Positions 63,319 to 64,000 of a stretch of DNA of 64,000 nt are shown here, piece after piece; within the stretch, counting starts at the first letter, position 1, and each line of letters opens with the position of its first letter. The position numbers were made by a program, and so were the translations under genes. The stretch lies in assembly GCF_000006765.1 (NCBI RefSeq), contig NC_002516.2; one strand, given 5' to 3'. Origin of the DNA: Pseudomonas aeruginosa PAO1 (GTDB lineage Bacteria > Pseudomonadota > Gammaproteobacteria > Pseudomonadales > Pseudomonadaceae). The notes under the pieces were generated by a model. That model was not told the origin of the DNA, ran no database searches, and worked only from the letters and a program-made list of their open reading frames with translations.

Positions 63319-63798
63319 ATGACTCTTCCCGCTTCGTTGTTCCTCGATGAACGCCCGCTCGCCCAGGCCATCGCGCCGCCGCCGGAACCTCCCGGCGACG
63401 AACCGCAATCGCTGGTCCTGGCGGTCGAGCTGGGACAGGTCGCCCAGCAACTGCGGCATCGCTGGGCGCGCCTCGACCTGAACCTGCCGGAACGCGGCAC
63501 CTGGCCGCTGGAAAGCTGGCGCCCGGCCTTGCACGAGGCGCTCTACGGCCTGCTCGGCGGCGCCGCGCAGGCCCGCCCGTGGCAGCGCATCACACTGAAT
63601 CCGGCGCTGGACGCACGCCACGGCCGGCTGCGCCTGGACATCCTCGGCCAGGCGGAAGAAGGCCGGCGCTGGCTGCCGGCGGCCGTGGAAGCCGCCCGAC
63701 GACTGGCCGGCTGGCAGGGCGGACGACTGCTCTGGCACGCCCAGGGCGCGTATTGGTGCGTACGCCTGCTGTTGCCGCTCAGCCCGGCCAGGCGCTGA
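63319..63798 (+). CDS. Hypothetical protein, degenerate HATPase_c-like
   Basis: AGGAG SD; 159 aa; aligns by eye to the neighbouring kinase CA domain. Confidence 0.75.
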   Translation: MTLPASLFLDERPLAQAIAPPPEPPGDEPQSLVLAVELGQVAQQLRHRWARLDLNLPERGTWPLESWRPALHEALYGLLGGAAQARPWQRITLNPALDARHGRLRLDILGQAEEGRRWLPAAVEAARRLAGWQGGRLLWHAQGAYWCVRLLLPLSPARR

Positions 63799-64000
63799 CG
63801 AAGGCCGTCGGGTCGAGTTCCGCCGGCGTGCGCAACTCGCCCATCGGCGTACCCAGGTAGACGAAGCCGATGATCCGCTCCTGCTCGCCGAGCCCCAGGC
63901 CGGCGTGCACCACCGGATCGGTGGCCATCTCGCCGGTCCGCCACATCGCCCCCAGTCCCTGGGCATAGGCGCCCAGCACCAGGCCGTGGGCGGCGCAGCC
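63779..64000 (-). CDS. YdjA-type nitroreductase (3' end; truncated by window)
   Basis: AYAQGLGAMWRTG..IIGFVYLGTP. Confidence 0.85.
   Translation of the reverse strand, partial: GCAAHGLVLGAYAQGLGAMWRTGEMATDPVVHAGLGLGEQERIIGFVYLGTPMGELRTPAELDPTAFVSAWPG

Overview
Chromosomal window from Pseudomonas aeruginosa. Gene order and protein lengths match what I recall of the PAO1 PA3150-PA3208 region; this is recall, not a database check. (1) 1-13.7 kb: AT-richer O-antigen (OSA/B-band) cassette of the O2/O5/O16/O18/O20 type on the minus strand (wzz, wbpA-E, wzy, wzx, hisH2, hisF2, 5' part of wbpG), preceded by a small LapA-family ORF. (2) 13.7-30.3 kb: housekeeping block (gyrA-serC-pheA-hisC2-tyrA/aroA fusion-cmk-rpsA-ihfB; mtnA; mtaD-ubiG-mupP-SDR). 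(3) 30.4-36.9 kb: IclR/formimidoylglutamase/gltS unit, diguanylate cyclase, secreted SH3-like protein, rluB, Nudix. (4) 36.9-54.4 kb: glucose/Entner-Doudoroff cluster (eda, pgl, zwf, hexR, mutarotase, oprB, gltKGFB, gtrS, gltR, glk, edd, gapA). (5) 54.4-64 kb: scpAB, yciO/PHP/yciB/yciI, Cpx locus, nitroreductase. I saw no rRNA, tRNA, CRISPR array, prophage or intact IS, and I cannot support a wholly new multi-gene system with confidence. Best leads: two accessory genes bracketing the Cpx operon (a degenerate HATPase_c-like protein and an SH3-less YgiM-like protein), an orphan lapA inside the O-antigen cassette, a frameshifted DUF559 endonuclease relic in the glucose locus, a small DUF1289 gene, a HisF2 lacking its first catalytic Asp, and several readable operator sites.
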